DNA of 63,979 nucleotides, the filler included, from Licmophora abbreviata (lineage: Eukaryota), in assembly GCA_900291995.1 (NCBI GenBank). It is 20 parts of 20 records of this genome, joined end to end, with 100 filler letters (N's around TTAATTAATTAA, not from the genome) between each part and the next. Parts side by side here need not be neighbours in the genome. Positions count along the whole stretch, not along the records: positions 11,557 to 20,364 come from OLMU01000676.1; positions 20,465 to 22,935 come from OLMU01000678.1; 18 more parts are not named here. One strand, given 5' to 3'. Shown here in pieces: positions 11,615 to 22,606 of this stretch (positions are counted from its first letter, which is position 1; every line of letters begins with the position of its first letter). The position numbers and the translations under genes are program-made. A model generated the notes under the pieces. The model was not told the origin of the DNA and ran no database searches. It saw only the letters and a program-made list of their open reading frames with translations.

Positions 11615-13300
11615 ATGTTGATCTCCCGTATCTTTCTCGGCCGCACGCCATCCGTTGTTCCTTCTTTGCATGGCGCTCGTTCCATGAGCGTCTTGCGCTT
11701 GAATCCAATCCCTCCCATGGGCACCCGTACCAAAATTGTCTGCACCTTGGGACCCGCATCGGACAACGCCGAACGAGTTCGGGACCTGGTCATCAATGGC
11801 ATGCACGTGGCGCGTCTCAACTTTTCTCATGCCGGGACGGACTACACGTACCCCGAAACGCTCATGTCGCTGGTACGTAACGTCCGAGGCAAACATGATG
11901 AACTTCATACGGGGAATACAAGCAGGCGTGAGATTCCCAAGAATCTCCGAGCCATTCTGGTCGACACCAAGGGGCCAGAAATTCGAACGGGGCCGTTGCA
12001 GGGTAATGTCGAAACCGCAGAGATTGCGATCGATGCCGTCGTCGAACTGACCATTCTCGATGTCTCGGCGGATGATCCTCCGGCGTCGCCGGAGGGACGG
12101 CATCGTATTCAAGTTGACTATAAGTCGATTGCCAAGACTCTTGATGAGGGCAGTATTGTTCTGCTGGATGATGGACTGTTGGCATTGGAAGTGACTAGTG
12201 TGGATCCCAAATTGGAGTTTGTCACATGTAAAGCTTTGAATGGTGGACCCATCAAGAAGAACAAGGGCGTGAATCTGCCTGATGCCGAGTTGGACTTGCC
12301 AGCTCTGACTGACAAGGACAAGGCCGACTTGAAGTGGGCCTGCGAGGTCGGTGCCGACTTTGTTGCTGCATCCTTCATTCGTACACCTTCCAATGTACGT
12401 TCCGTCATTGCGTATTTGGATCGCTGTATTTCCACCCTGCCAGTTGGTCCCGGCGGCAAGGCTCCCATTAGGCCCTTGGTCATAAGCAAGATTGAAAGTA
12501 AGGAAGGCGTTGATAACTTCTTGGACATTCTAGAAGAAAGCGATGGTATCATGGTGGCACGAGGTGATTTGGGGGTCGAGATTCCCTACACCAAGGTGTT
12601 CAAGGCGCAGAAAGAGATGATTCGCGCGTGCAACAGTGTCGGCAAGCCCGTTATTGTGGCGACGCAAATGCTGGATTCCATGCAGAGGAATCCGCGACCG
12701 ACGCGAGCCGAAGTGACAGATGTAGGAACGGCCGTGCTGGATGGGGCGGACGCGGTCATGCTGAGTGGAGAAAGTGCGGCAGGAGCGTATCCGATTCTGA
12801 GTATCAAGTCCATGGCGAGTATCGTGGTGGAAGCGGATAATATTGCGGATGACATGGATTTTAACGTGAAAACGAAGACTCGGTATTTGGGTCCCATGGA
12901 TCATGAACTGGAGGCCATTTGTGCCTCCGCTGTCCGCAGTGCCAAGGACATGAACGCCAAGCTGATTGTAACCATTACGATGTCGGGCAAGACTGCCAAG
13001 GCACTGGCGATTCAAAAGCCTACTGTTCCCGTACTGGCATTCTGTACGGATCCTCAAGTCGCCAGAAGGCTCCAGCTGCACCGTTCCATCAATCCCATCA
13101 TGCTTCAGAGCGACTTGAACCCACTCTCTTCGAAAACCATGATGAGCGTGCTGCGGGCGGAAGCCATTCGGACGGCCAAGGAGCTGGGGTTCGTCAAGGC
13201 GGGAGATCGTGTCATTGCGGTCGATCGGACCAAGGGTAAGACGCACGAGCCTCATCAGTATGCTCACAACATGCAAGTGGCGACCATTAAGGACATGTAG
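11615..13300 (+). CDS. PK: Pyruvate kinase, probably the mitochondrial isoform
   Basis: Motifs TKIVCTLGPAS, ARLNFSH, DTKGPEIRTG, KIESKEG, DGIMVARGDLGVEIP, ATQMLDSMQRNPRPTRAEVTDV and VMLSGESA. The N-terminus is Arg/Ser-rich with no acidic residues. Intronless. Confidence 0.97.
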   Translation: MLISRIFLGRTPSVVPSLHGARSMSVLRLNPIPPMGTRTKIVCTLGPASDNAERVRDLVINGMHVARLNFSHAGTDYTYPETLMSLVRNVRGKHDELHTGNTSRREIPKNLRAILVDTKGPEIRTGPLQGNVETAEIAIDAVVELTILDVSADDPPASPEGRHRIQVDYKSIAKTLDEGSIVLLDDGLLALEVTSVDPKLEFVTCKALNGGPIKKNKGVNLPDAELDLPALTDKDKADLKWACEVGADFVAASFIRTPSNVRSVIAYLDRCISTLPVGPGGKAPIRPLVISKIESKEGVDNFLDILEESDGIMVARGDLGVEIPYTKVFKAQKEMIRACNSVGKPVIVATQMLDSMQRNPRPTRAEVTDVGTAVLDGADAVMLSGESAAGAYPILSIKSMASIVVEADNIADDMDFNVKTKTRYLGPMDHELEAICASAVRSAKDMNAKLIVTITMSGKTAKALAIQKPTVPVLAFCTDPQVARRLQLHRSINPIMLQSDLNPLSSKTMMSVLRAEAIRTAKELGFVKAGDRVIAVDRTKGKTHEPHQYAHNMQVATIKDM

Positions 13301-13497
13301 CGTACTGGTGAGTACGTGCGACTGTAGTAGAAACTATGACACGCATATGGTACCTGTAGTGCCCACACTAGTTACAATTGACGTGTCACAGTCATTATGC
13401 GGTTGTGGTCTAAGCTTTCTGTTTCACAACGCTTCCTATTGTTCCCTTGCTTCCATCTTATACTAGTTGTTTGCATAGGGCTACTGTGCGCTCTCCT

Positions 13498-14454
13498 TTA
13501 CAGTCCATCCACAAGACTACTTCCATCTCCGCTTGTAGTCGATGCTACGGTACTATCCGTCGCTCCACCAATCGAGTCTCCATCTCCCACTAGCGCCAGT
13601 AGCTGCCTCAGCCACTTGACTACAGTCGCATCGTGCCTCAAGGCAGGATGAAAGGTTGTATCGCGCAAGGCCTGCGGAAGACATGTTTGCAAGGCTTCTC
13701 GTGCGCGGGGATGATCTGCCAATCGGAGGTAGCACCGCACGACGTGTTTCAAAAGTCGTACCGAGCACTGCTGTTGAAGCGCCGTTACCATGTGACCAAG
13801 AACGCTTGAGACGGCATAGAAGCGTTCGGCAGTGGCGCAGACATAGTTCAGGCCGACATCTTCCAACAGGATCTTTTGGACGATAAAGGTGGCCACCGTC
13901 TTGCTCAATTCCGACCCCGCCTCCATGATGCGAAGGCAGAGAGGAATAATTTCTGTCTGCAGTAGAAAGGCAATGACGTCCGCGTCATCCACTTTGACCA
14001 GAGCTCCAATGACCCCCAGACTCGTCAAGCGCAGATATTCAAAGGGCCGTGACTTGGAGGAGGTATTGAGAAACGGATAGAGGTAGAGAGGGATGTGCGC
14101 TTGGAGGAACTGCGAGCGCGTGGCAGGATGGGAGGCGACGCACTGCATGAGCGCAAGCGCATTGCAGACACGGTTACTGGCGTGCGCCGTCAGGGTCGGT
14201 GGCGACAGGACGTTGTAAATGCTGACGATTTCTTGCAGCAAGGCGGCCACGACGCCCGGTGCGTACCAGAGGACGGGTGCGAGGTCGACAAAGCTTTCGC
14301 GCTTTTTCGAAAGTTCCAGCAAGACGCCTTCGCGCTGAGATGGATACGTCAATTGGGCTACCAGCAGGGCGAGGTCGTCTACGCTGGGGGCCTTGCCATT
14401 GGAAGTGGCGGAGGGTGGAGGTGGCGTGCCGGGGGCGCTGCCGGCGGAAGACAT
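13498..14454 (-). CDS. CNOT9: CCR4-NOT subunit 9 (Rcd1/Caf40)
   Basis: Motifs [44 protein letters not shown] and [17 protein letters not shown]. Confidence 0.97.
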   Translation of the reverse strand: MSSAGSAPGTPPPPSATSNGKAPSVDDLALLVAQLTYPSQREGVLLELSKKRESFVDLAPVLWYAPGVVAALLQEIVSIYNVLSPPTLTAHASNRVCNALALMQCVASHPATRSQFLQAHIPLYLYPFLNTSSKSRPFEYLRLTSLGVIGALVKVDDADVIAFLLQTEIIPLCLRIMEAGSELSKTVATFIVQKILLEDVGLNYVCATAERFYAVSSVLGHMVTALQQQCSVRLLKHVVRCYLRLADHPRAREALQTCLPQALRDTTFHPALRHDATVVKWLRQLLALVGDGDSIGGATDSTVASTTSGDGSSLVDGL

Positions 14455-14979
14455 GATGGCAGTCGATTTTTTTCCTTCTTGGCGCTTTTTTGTTACGATT
14501 TTTATTTTCCAGTGTCACCAGGTGCTTCCTTTGGGGTCTACAACGCTTTTATGGGTGCAGTGTAGCAATCAAAGGAGCAAGAAGAAGAGTTCAGGTTGCC
14601 GTTGTCCCCAGTATGTCCTCATCTGAACAACACGACAGACGCCGCGGCGCCGTGTTGACGCACGCGCAGACGTTGATCTTTGACCGCCTCGAATTTTAGG
14701 CGGTGGTGACACACCCACAGAAAACCTGACTCCTAAACTCGATTGCGAAATCAAGTTCAGTGCGATGCTACACTGAAGTCTAGGGGCCGCATCCTATTCT
14801 CTCTATCGTAGCGGCACCGGAACTGTAGATGCAATGAGAAGCCGGCATCATATCATGCCGTCCGAGTACCAGCTAGAGTACCAGTACCGGTATGAGAAAG
14901 CATTAGAGCCAGCCCGTTGCCTACTGCGATCCCTCGTAGACACTCGTACCTCTGCAATCGTCGTGGAGTCCAGGCCCTA

Positions 14980-16329
14980 CTATACGCTGTGTTGCAACGA
15001 ATACAATTTCGATAAGACTGCCAGCGGCACAGATCCCCCAATAATAATCAGCAATTGCAACAAGGACAGACCCACTCCGTACACGCGATTCATGAGTTCC
15101 TGTCGAGTCTGTTCCACTTGATTTTCCAAGTCGTCGTACCCGCCATCATTCCAAACGACCAAATCCGATACACTCTCTTTGTCTTCAATGTTCATTTGAC
15201 TCTGAATGCGTTCTTGACATTGAGTTTTGGACAAGTCTGGATTGCGTGCACGCAATCGTTCCATCTGAGTCGCAGGAGGGCAACCCACTAGTACGATTGT
15301 AACAAAGAGCCATCGTAAGTTGCCACTTTCGAACAAGAGTGGCACATCCACCAAACAGAGATCGCTGCCACTCCAGAAAAGTCCAACAAGCATGCGTTTC
15401 AGCATGACCAATATAATGCGCGGATGGGTGATAGCATTCAGTCGGCGTCGCTGTGTCGCATCTTGAAAGATGACATTGCCCAATTTCCTTCGATCGATCC
15501 GTGATCGGCCAGCGGAGGAGAATGCAGTGTCGTCTCCTACAAGTATGTCAGTGCCAAAGGCTTCCACCACGGCATCATAGACACTATCGGGAGTATCAGG
15601 AAGCAGTATCTCATGTGCAATAGTATCTGTATCGACCAAGTACACGGTGCCATCATTGATGACACTGCTCGACTTGGGATCCTCAGCCTTGCCCCCCGTT
15701 TGCAATAACTTGACCACTGTACTTTTCCCGCAGGCAATCCCTCCTGTGACGACAATGGGGGCGAAGGATTCGCCCACGTGTACACCGATGCAGACAAAGA
15801 CCAAACGCATGGCAAAGATAATACCGGTAGCCACGGGTGACAGTGCAATGGCTGTTTCAGCGGGTGGTGTTGGACATGCCAATCCGTAATTTTGCAACAG
15901 CATGCTCACGCTGTACCCAAAGTCGTCGTACAGGGGCAAACACTGAATGGAAGGGAGCAGGATTTCCATCATCAAGTCGGCCACCAGCAATCTCACCACA
16001 GTGTTCCATACGTCCGCTCGGATATATTGAAGTAGAATCTGTGGAGGCCGACAGCACACTCGCACGGTGAGGTGTCCAATCATGATCCCGAGAGGCAAGA
16101 CGAGGAGGATCCCAAACACAATCTCCTCTGCGACACTCTTTGCAGGCAATGGGCGGTCGCCAAACGTCAAGACCAAGCGACTGAAGAGTGTAGTGAGCAT
16201 GATGCTGAGCGACAAGAGGTAAAAGATCAACGACCAGCGGGAGGAGAGATTCAATACACCGCTGCTCTCATCACCATGGTGTTTTGTGTTTGATGTTGTT
16301 TTTCGAGCTTGAGTCGAATGAGTCGTCAC
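14980..16329 (-). CDS. coaE: Dephospho-CoA kinase with N-terminal transmembrane extension (start uncertain; first in-frame ATG at 16200)
   Basis: P-loop VTGGIACGKSTV, plus DTDTIAHEIL, IDRRKLGNVIF, LNAITHPRI, DVPLLFE and RLRARN...ERIQSQM. Confidence 0.9.
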   Translation of the reverse strand: MTTHSTQARKTTSNTKHHGDESSGVLNLSSRWSLIFYLLSLSIMLTTLFSRLVLTFGDRPLPAKSVAEEIVFGILLVLPLGIMIGHLTVRVCCRPPQILLQYIRADVWNTVVRLLVADLMMEILLPSIQCLPLYDDFGYSVSMLLQNYGLACPTPPAETAIALSPVATGIIFAMRLVFVCIGVHVGESFAPIVVTGGIACGKSTVVKLLQTGGKAEDPKSSSVINDGTVYLVDTDTIAHEILLPDTPDSVYDAVVEAFGTDILVGDDTAFSSAGRSRIDRRKLGNVIFQDATQRRRLNAITHPRIILVMLKRMLVGLFWSGSDLCLVDVPLLFESGNLRWLFVTIVLVGCPPATQMERLRARNPDLSKTQCQERIQSQMNIEDKESVSDLVVWNDGGYDDLENQVEQTRQELMNRVYGVGLSLLQLLIIIGGSVPLAVLSKLYSLQHSV

Positions 16330-16606
16330 GACTCACTCGATTCAAAGGGAAAGAAAGCGAGAGCTCGTGGCCGCCGCACTTTTGCAGGTGAACTCTGTTG
16401 TCAACCTTGAAACTATGAACGGAGCTGTCAAACCATGATGATGTGACCACCCGTACCCCTCTTCTCGATAATACGAGTAGGGTGAACGGCTGTGAGAGTG
16501 CTCTCTCTCTCTGACGAGCTGCTTCAGTGTACTATAATACGGTTGCAGGGACGATATCGCTCCTTTACCGCCTGCTGGCGTCTCCATCTTCCCACCTCTG
16601 TGATCG

Positions 16607-17578
16607 ATGTTCTGTTCCGACACTACGCGTCGTTTCCTTATATTTCTGTTGGCCTCATTGGTGATGAGTGTTCGTAGCTTCCTAGCACCAATATCTAGAG
16701 CGAGTGGCCTCCCAAGAATTGACGCAAAGATGGCCCACAGTGCCAGCAGTATGACTGCCACAGGAGCAGGACTCTTTCTGTTTGATTTTGATGGCGTAGT
16801 CTGCGACAGTTGTGACGAGTGTACCGTGTCGGCGCTCCGAACCTGCCACACGCTGGGAGTACTACTTGGAAACAAAGATGCTCCCCAATATCCACCCCAG
16901 TGGCTCTTTGACAAGATGCGAGAGATTCGACCTGCCATTGAGGTTGGTTGGCAGATACCAGTGCTGCTTTCGGTCTTTCTGCAGCAACAGAAAGAGGAGG
17001 CGACGAAAACACTGTCCGTGGAAGAAATCATTTCCAACTACAAACAGCTCGTGGAGGAATGGCTTATCCATTGGAAAAAGACAGATTCGGATATGATTGA
17101 AACGTTTGGTGGCGTCCGAGATGCGTGGATTGCAGAGGATATGACATCCTGGCTCGACATCAACACCTTCTATCCAGGCGTTCCGCTAGCTTTGTCCAAC
17201 TGCAAAGGGGAAGCTGTCCTAGTTACAACCAAGCAACACCGATTTGCTACTGCTTTGTGTCGACATGCGGGAGTCGGAGAGACTGCTCTTCCCGATGAAG
17301 ACATTTACGGACTAGGCATGTACAGCAAGAAGAGCGATGTGATTGTCGATCGAATGATAGCTGGTGGTTATGCGCCAGCCGAGACGAGGTTCTTTGAGGA
17401 TCGGTGGCCGACACTGGCTAAATGTCTTCACGATGAAAGACTCGAAGGTGTCAAGCTTTATCTAGCGAGCTGGGGTTATGTGACCGAAGAGGAATTGCAA
17501 CTTGCGAAAGCGGAGCCACGCGTGGAAGTGATTGACTTGGAGGACTTTGCTCGCATTGTCAGTGATACTGCCGCGTGA
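16607..17578 (+). CDS. HAD-superfamily hydrolase, plastid-targeted
   Basis: HAD motif I FDFDGVVCDS, VTTK, FFEDRWPTL and LASWGY. Signal peptide ending 'VRSF'. Confidence 0.88.
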   Translation: MFCSDTTRRFLIFLLASLVMSVRSFLAPISRASGLPRIDAKMAHSASSMTATGAGLFLFDFDGVVCDSCDECTVSALRTCHTLGVLLGNKDAPQYPPQWLFDKMREIRPAIEVGWQIPVLLSVFLQQQKEEATKTLSVEEIISNYKQLVEEWLIHWKKTDSDMIETFGGVRDAWIAEDMTSWLDINTFYPGVPLALSNCKGEAVLVTTKQHRFATALCRHAGVGETALPDEDIYGLGMYSKKSDVIVDRMIAGGYAPAETRFFEDRWPTLAKCLHDERLEGVKLYLASWGYVTEEELQLAKAEPRVEVIDLEDFARIVSDTAA

Positions 17579-17888
17579 GCTGCAGTTCCTTCGTCGCGTA
17601 TTGAAACTTTCACCCCAGACTTTCTTCTTTCCTATTCCTTACTGTACCTATATGGATGGCGCGCAGGAATGTGAAATAAATTGGCTCCGTACATCATGCA
17701 CGCGGCTGCAAGCTATCTGTGTACATGTAGCTAGATCTCATGGTCGCTATGCATTCAGAATCAAAACTGTACATCACGCGAAATGAATATTATTGATGAA
17801 GTATGCGACATGCAAAGATATTACTTTAAAATTTGAAGATGCGGTTGAAGGCGGGTATCAGATTATCCGAACGACCGCTGATAGAGGC

Positions 17889-20800
17889 TTAGTTGTCATC
17901 GCCAAAACGAAGCTTTCTGTTGTCGTAATCGCGGTTGTTGTCGGCACGCGGAGCACGTTTGTAATCTCTTGTCCTTGTTTGCATCCACCATGGAACAGGT
18001 GCTGGTTCTGGAGCTGGTACAGGAGCTGGTTCGGCTGCTTTCGCAACCTCGTCAACTTCATCAACGCTATCGGATGGAGCGACTGGCGAGTTTGGTGCGA
18101 ATGGGGCTGATGGAGACGAATACGGTGCTGACGGAGACCAATACGGTGCTGACGGAGACCAGTATGGTGCTGATGGAGACCAATACGGTGCTGACGGAGA
18201 CCAGTATGGTGCTGATGGAGACCAATACGGTGCGGATGGAGACCAGTACGGTGCGGAGGGAGACCAGTATGGTGCTGACGGAGAAGTAGGCGACTCTGGT
18301 ATTGTGGGGCTGTTCTGAGTCGTTGGGACCACAGGGGGTGCGGGCACGGCCGTTGGCTCGGAGACAGGCGCTGCTGTCGGTTCAGCAATTGGGACTGGCG
18401 TCGGGTCGGCTGCTGGTGCTGCGGTCGGCTCGGCGAAGGGGACTGGTGTCGGGTCGGCGGCTGGCGCTGCAGTCGGCTCAGCGACGGGGACTGGTGTCGG
18501 GTCAGAGGCGGGCGCTGCTGTTGGCTCAGACTGCGGTGAAGTCGGAGATACGGGCGAAGTTGGGGACACTGGTGAAGTCGGGGAAACGGGCGAAGTCGGC
18601 GACATGATAGTTGGTACATAGTGTTAGGTAGGGCCCGGTTTCGATGTTGGATACCAAGCGGCCACCGGCACCGGTGTGGGTTTCGGAGTAGGAGGCGTCG
18701 TCGGTGGATCATGTGGTGTCGGATCGAACGGCCACCACCAAGGAGTCGGCTTCGCGGTCGGTGTGCTGCTCGGTGTGTCAGATCCCTTGCCCGGTGACCC
18801 GCCCTTTTTCCCTGAAGAGCCGCTGTTGCCTTTCTTTCCCGATGAACCGCTATCTCCCTTCTTTCCCGTGCTTCCCTTTTTGCCGGAGTCTCCCTTGTTA
18901 TCACCCTTTCCAGATCCCTTGGATCCCTTCTTTCCAGTGCCTCCTTTCTTTCCACCCTTTCCCTTTCCGACGGTTGGCGGTTTAGGAACAGAAGGTGGTG
19001 GAGTGGGGGAATCGGGGTCAATGATCACAACCTTTGCGACATCACAAGCTGAGGAGCCGTCGGGTGAAATTGCGCATGCCTTGTTTCGTACTATGGTATG
19101 AGAGGTGAACGGAGTGGCTGCAACGTAGACGACGGTAACTACCACTGCGTCGTACGCTGGAACGTCCACGATGCAAACAATTTCGTGGTCAACACTACCA
19201 GTGCAGTCACCGCTTCCGAATGTCACGGCAATATCTTGCAAAGTCAATCGTTCGTCGACAGTATCCGTGATCGCCACTCCTAGTTCATCGTCTCCTCCGA
19301 GATTTGCGACTTCGATAGTGAAGGTGCTAGGAATTCCGGCTTCAACTCGGTCGGGCGTGAACAATTTTTCAACGGTCAGCCTTGGGGGGCCCGCAGGCGG
19401 TGTTGTTTTGATGATCTCACAGGATGGAGGCAGAGCCGGGGGGATTGAAGGCTTAGCGTCAGGGGTGTCTTCTCCGAAGAAATCGAATGGCCAGCGTGGC
19501 TTTTCGTCAGGTTTTTTATGAGGCGTGCTGCTGCTCCGTTTCTTGCCCGAAGTGCTACTGCCACCCTTCTTGCCCGAGCTACCGGTACTTCCATTGCCGC
19601 CTTTCTTGCCTGAGGAGTCACTGTCGCCCTTCCCTGATTTACTACCACTGCTGCCATTCTTGCCTGAAGAGCTACTGGCACCCTTACCCGAACTACTTCC
19701 ACTGCTACCTTTTTTGCCCGACGAATCGCTGTCGCCCTTTCCCGAACTGCCTTTTTTGCCTGTAGAGTCACCTTTCGATCCTCCCTTCCCTTTTGAGGTT
19801 TTTGATCCCTTACCTTTTGATGTTTTCGATCCCTTCCCTTTTGAGGTTTCCGATCCCTTCCCTTTTGAGGTTTCCGATCCCTTCCCTGAGCCTCCTTTTT
19901 TTCCACCTTTTCCTTTTCCTTTTTTACCGGCAGTAGGCGAAGTGGGTGAGGAAGGCGGGGTTGGGGAGCTGTGTTCAACGATGACTTTGGCGTGATCGCA
20001 AATGGTGGCCCCATCCGGGCTTATCACGCACGCCTCATTCCGTACTACACCCGAGCTCCATGCCGAGGCGATGTAGTCGGCTGTGATGAGAGTCGACTCG
20101 TATGCCTTCACGTTAACAAGACAGCTTATTTCTTGTCCAAAGCTGTCTGAACAGTAGCCATCACCATAACTAACGGTGACGCTTCTGACAATAAGTCGCT
20201 CGTCGACAGTATCGACGACTTCCAATCCAAATACATCAGATGGGCTTTCATTAATGATTTCAATGGTGAATGAGTTGACGGTGTCGGGAGTGACCCTGTC
20301 GGGAATGAAGTCCTTTTTAATGTCAATACCAGGAGTAGGACTGACTGGGCTTACGCTTGGGCAGNNNNNNNNNNNNNNNNNNNNNNNNNNNNNNNNNNNN
20401 NNNNNNNNTTAATTAATTAANNNNNNNNNNNNNNNNNNNNNNNNNNNNNNNNNNNNNNNNNNNNGGCGCTCTGGTTGGCTCGGGAGTGCTTCCGGGTGAC
20501 GGAGCTCTAGTGGGTGCCGGCGTCTCGGGCACTGGCGTTGGCTCAGGTGTGCTTCCAGGCGAAGGCACTCTTGTTGGTGCAGGCGTTGGCTCAGGTGTGA
20601 GATTAGACGAAGGCGTTCGTGTCGGTGATGGACCAGCAGGTGCCTCTGTCGGGGTTGACACTGGCGGGATACTCGGACTAGGTGTTCGATCAGGAGTCGT
20701 AGGCGATGTTGGTGCCCTGGTTGGATCTCTTGGAGAAGGATCCGAGGTTGGAAGTTGGGTTGTAGGTACTCCAGTCGGGTCGGGTGTGTTACCTGGAGTC

Positions 20801-22606
20801 GGAGCTCGCGTTGGTGATTTGATAGTCGGCTCTGGTGTGGGTGGCGCAAGTGCGGGAGCGGACGTTGGACTCGCCGGAGCGCGCGTAGGTGCTGAAACTG
20901 GCCTGAGCGTGGGACCTGGTGTCGATGCAGCAGGTGATGGGGTTGTTTCACAGCCGGGACAGAAGCAGATGTATCGTACGGCTCCAGAGTTTTGAAGGGC
21001 GAGGTTAACACTGCTAACTTGTGCTGCAGTATCGAAGACTTCGTCCTGGATAGAATTGTCGCCTAGTCCCACAATGCTCTTGATGATGACATTGCTTCCA
21101 TCCGCATTCAAAATCTCGAAGAAATCACCCTCTTTTGTCTCCACGTCCATCAACCCAATCGATAGCAGCCTTTCGAGCGGACAGTCAAAGCTGAAGGTAA
21201 GGTTTCCTCCATACGCGTTATCGTCGGGCTCAATCTTGTCGGATTCTTGAATTATGAGAACATTTCCCTGCGGGTTGCAATTCTCCCCTTGCTGCCCTGG
21301 GGCGCCACCGCGACCAACTCCTGGACCCGGAACACTGCACTTCATGTTAGGTGCGCCTAGATCTGGATCTTCAGTGTCTTCTTTGGCTGTGTCAAAGATG
21401 CGGCCTTTTCCATCAGGAGTGTAGCCACCATCATCGGAAGACGCTGTGATAGACATCCCGTACAGGTTGAACCACTCCATGCCAACGTAGTCTCCATGGA
21501 TAAGATCTGATCCATCTCCAGCCTTCTCGAAGAAAATGCAGACTGGTTCAGCGTCACATGAATCCGGAGGGGGGAGGGGTGTCGGTTGGATGACGGCAGG
21601 CACTGGAGCGGGAGTGGGCGTCGTTGTCGTAGGACTTGGCAACATGTTTGGAGATCGAGTGGGAGGGGTGACAGGTCCGCCATCGCCACAAGGGCAGAAG
21701 CAGATGTCACGTATGCCTAATGAGTTCGACACCGCAATTTTCAGGAAGCTTACTCCGTACAGGCCATCAAAATATTCATCCTGGATTGAGTTGTCACCAA
21801 GGCCGACAATAGGTTGTGTCAGAAGATCTTCTTTGTCGTTCATGATCTCAAAGAAATTTCGTTCTCGACTGTCAATGTCCATCAATCCGATAGATAAGAG
21901 CTGCTCAATGGGACAGTCGAAGGTGAATGTAACATTTCCACCATAGGCATTGTCATCTGGTCGGTCCTTGTCCGTCTCCTGAATTATGAGCACGTTGCCT
22001 TGCGGCTCACAATTCTCTCCAGGCTGACCAGGCCTTCCGCCTCTTCCTATTCCAGGCCCGCCTCTGTCAGGGCAATCCCTGTTAGGGCTCCCAAGATCCG
22101 GATCTTCTGTGTTTCTCTGTGATGTATCGAACACGCGAACTTTTCCGCCAGGAGTAAACCCTCCGTCGTCGGACACGGCTGAGATTGTCATGCCGTACAT
22201 GGAAAGCCATTCCATGCCCACGTAGTCTCCATGCTTGAGATCTCCTCTACCAGGTGCACTAGAAAAGTCGATGCAGATAGGCTCTGAGGAGCATGTTACC
22301 GTAACTGGGATTGGGGCAGAAGACGGTGTCGGGTCAGTGCGCTGCCAGTCAGCCGAAAGAGTCTTTTTCTGTGAAGCAGGATTGCGGTAGTGCAACGGGC
22401 AAGAATAAGATGACAATGGGGATTGGACAAGGACAGAAATACACATCGTTTCGTACCTCAGTACGAAGTTCTCTTTCCACATCAGTGATGCTCGGCTCAT
22501 GCGCGGTCGCTCCTTCAAAACTCGTGAGAGGTCCTTGGCTCTCGTCGGACACTTCGGCCGACGCCACTGCCGTGAGGGCCCAGAAGAGCGTAAGGGTCAA
22601 ACGCAT
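17889..22606 (-). CDS. Secreted modular Pro/Thr- and Lys/Gly/Ser-rich protein, family member A (2 DPDL domains, 2 DUF11-like domains, SPSAPYW tail); exon 1 22606-22457, intron 22456-22342, spans gap 20365-20464, in-frame TAA at 18626-18624
   Basis: Signal peptide MRLTLTLFWALTAVASA, RXL site (REL) and a phase-0 GT-AG intron. The ORF pieces 20413-22518, 18624-20225 and 17889-18605 are colinear on one strand, and the last two share a frame. Confidence 0.8.
18099..18284 (-). repeat. 21-bp coding tandem repeat, (SPSAPYW)7-SPSAPYS-SPSAPF
   Basis: Directly visible 21-nt period with synonymous variation between units. Confidence 0.95.

Noticed and set aside
11615..13300. Mitochondrion-targeted pyruvate kinase as a novelty
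   Set aside because: A mitochondrial lower half of glycolysis is already established in diatoms and other stramenopiles.
18099..18600. RNA polymerase II largest-subunit CTD
   Set aside because: The heptads are SPSAPYW and SPTSPV rather than YSPTSPS, and there are no polymerase domains. The upstream gene is secreted.
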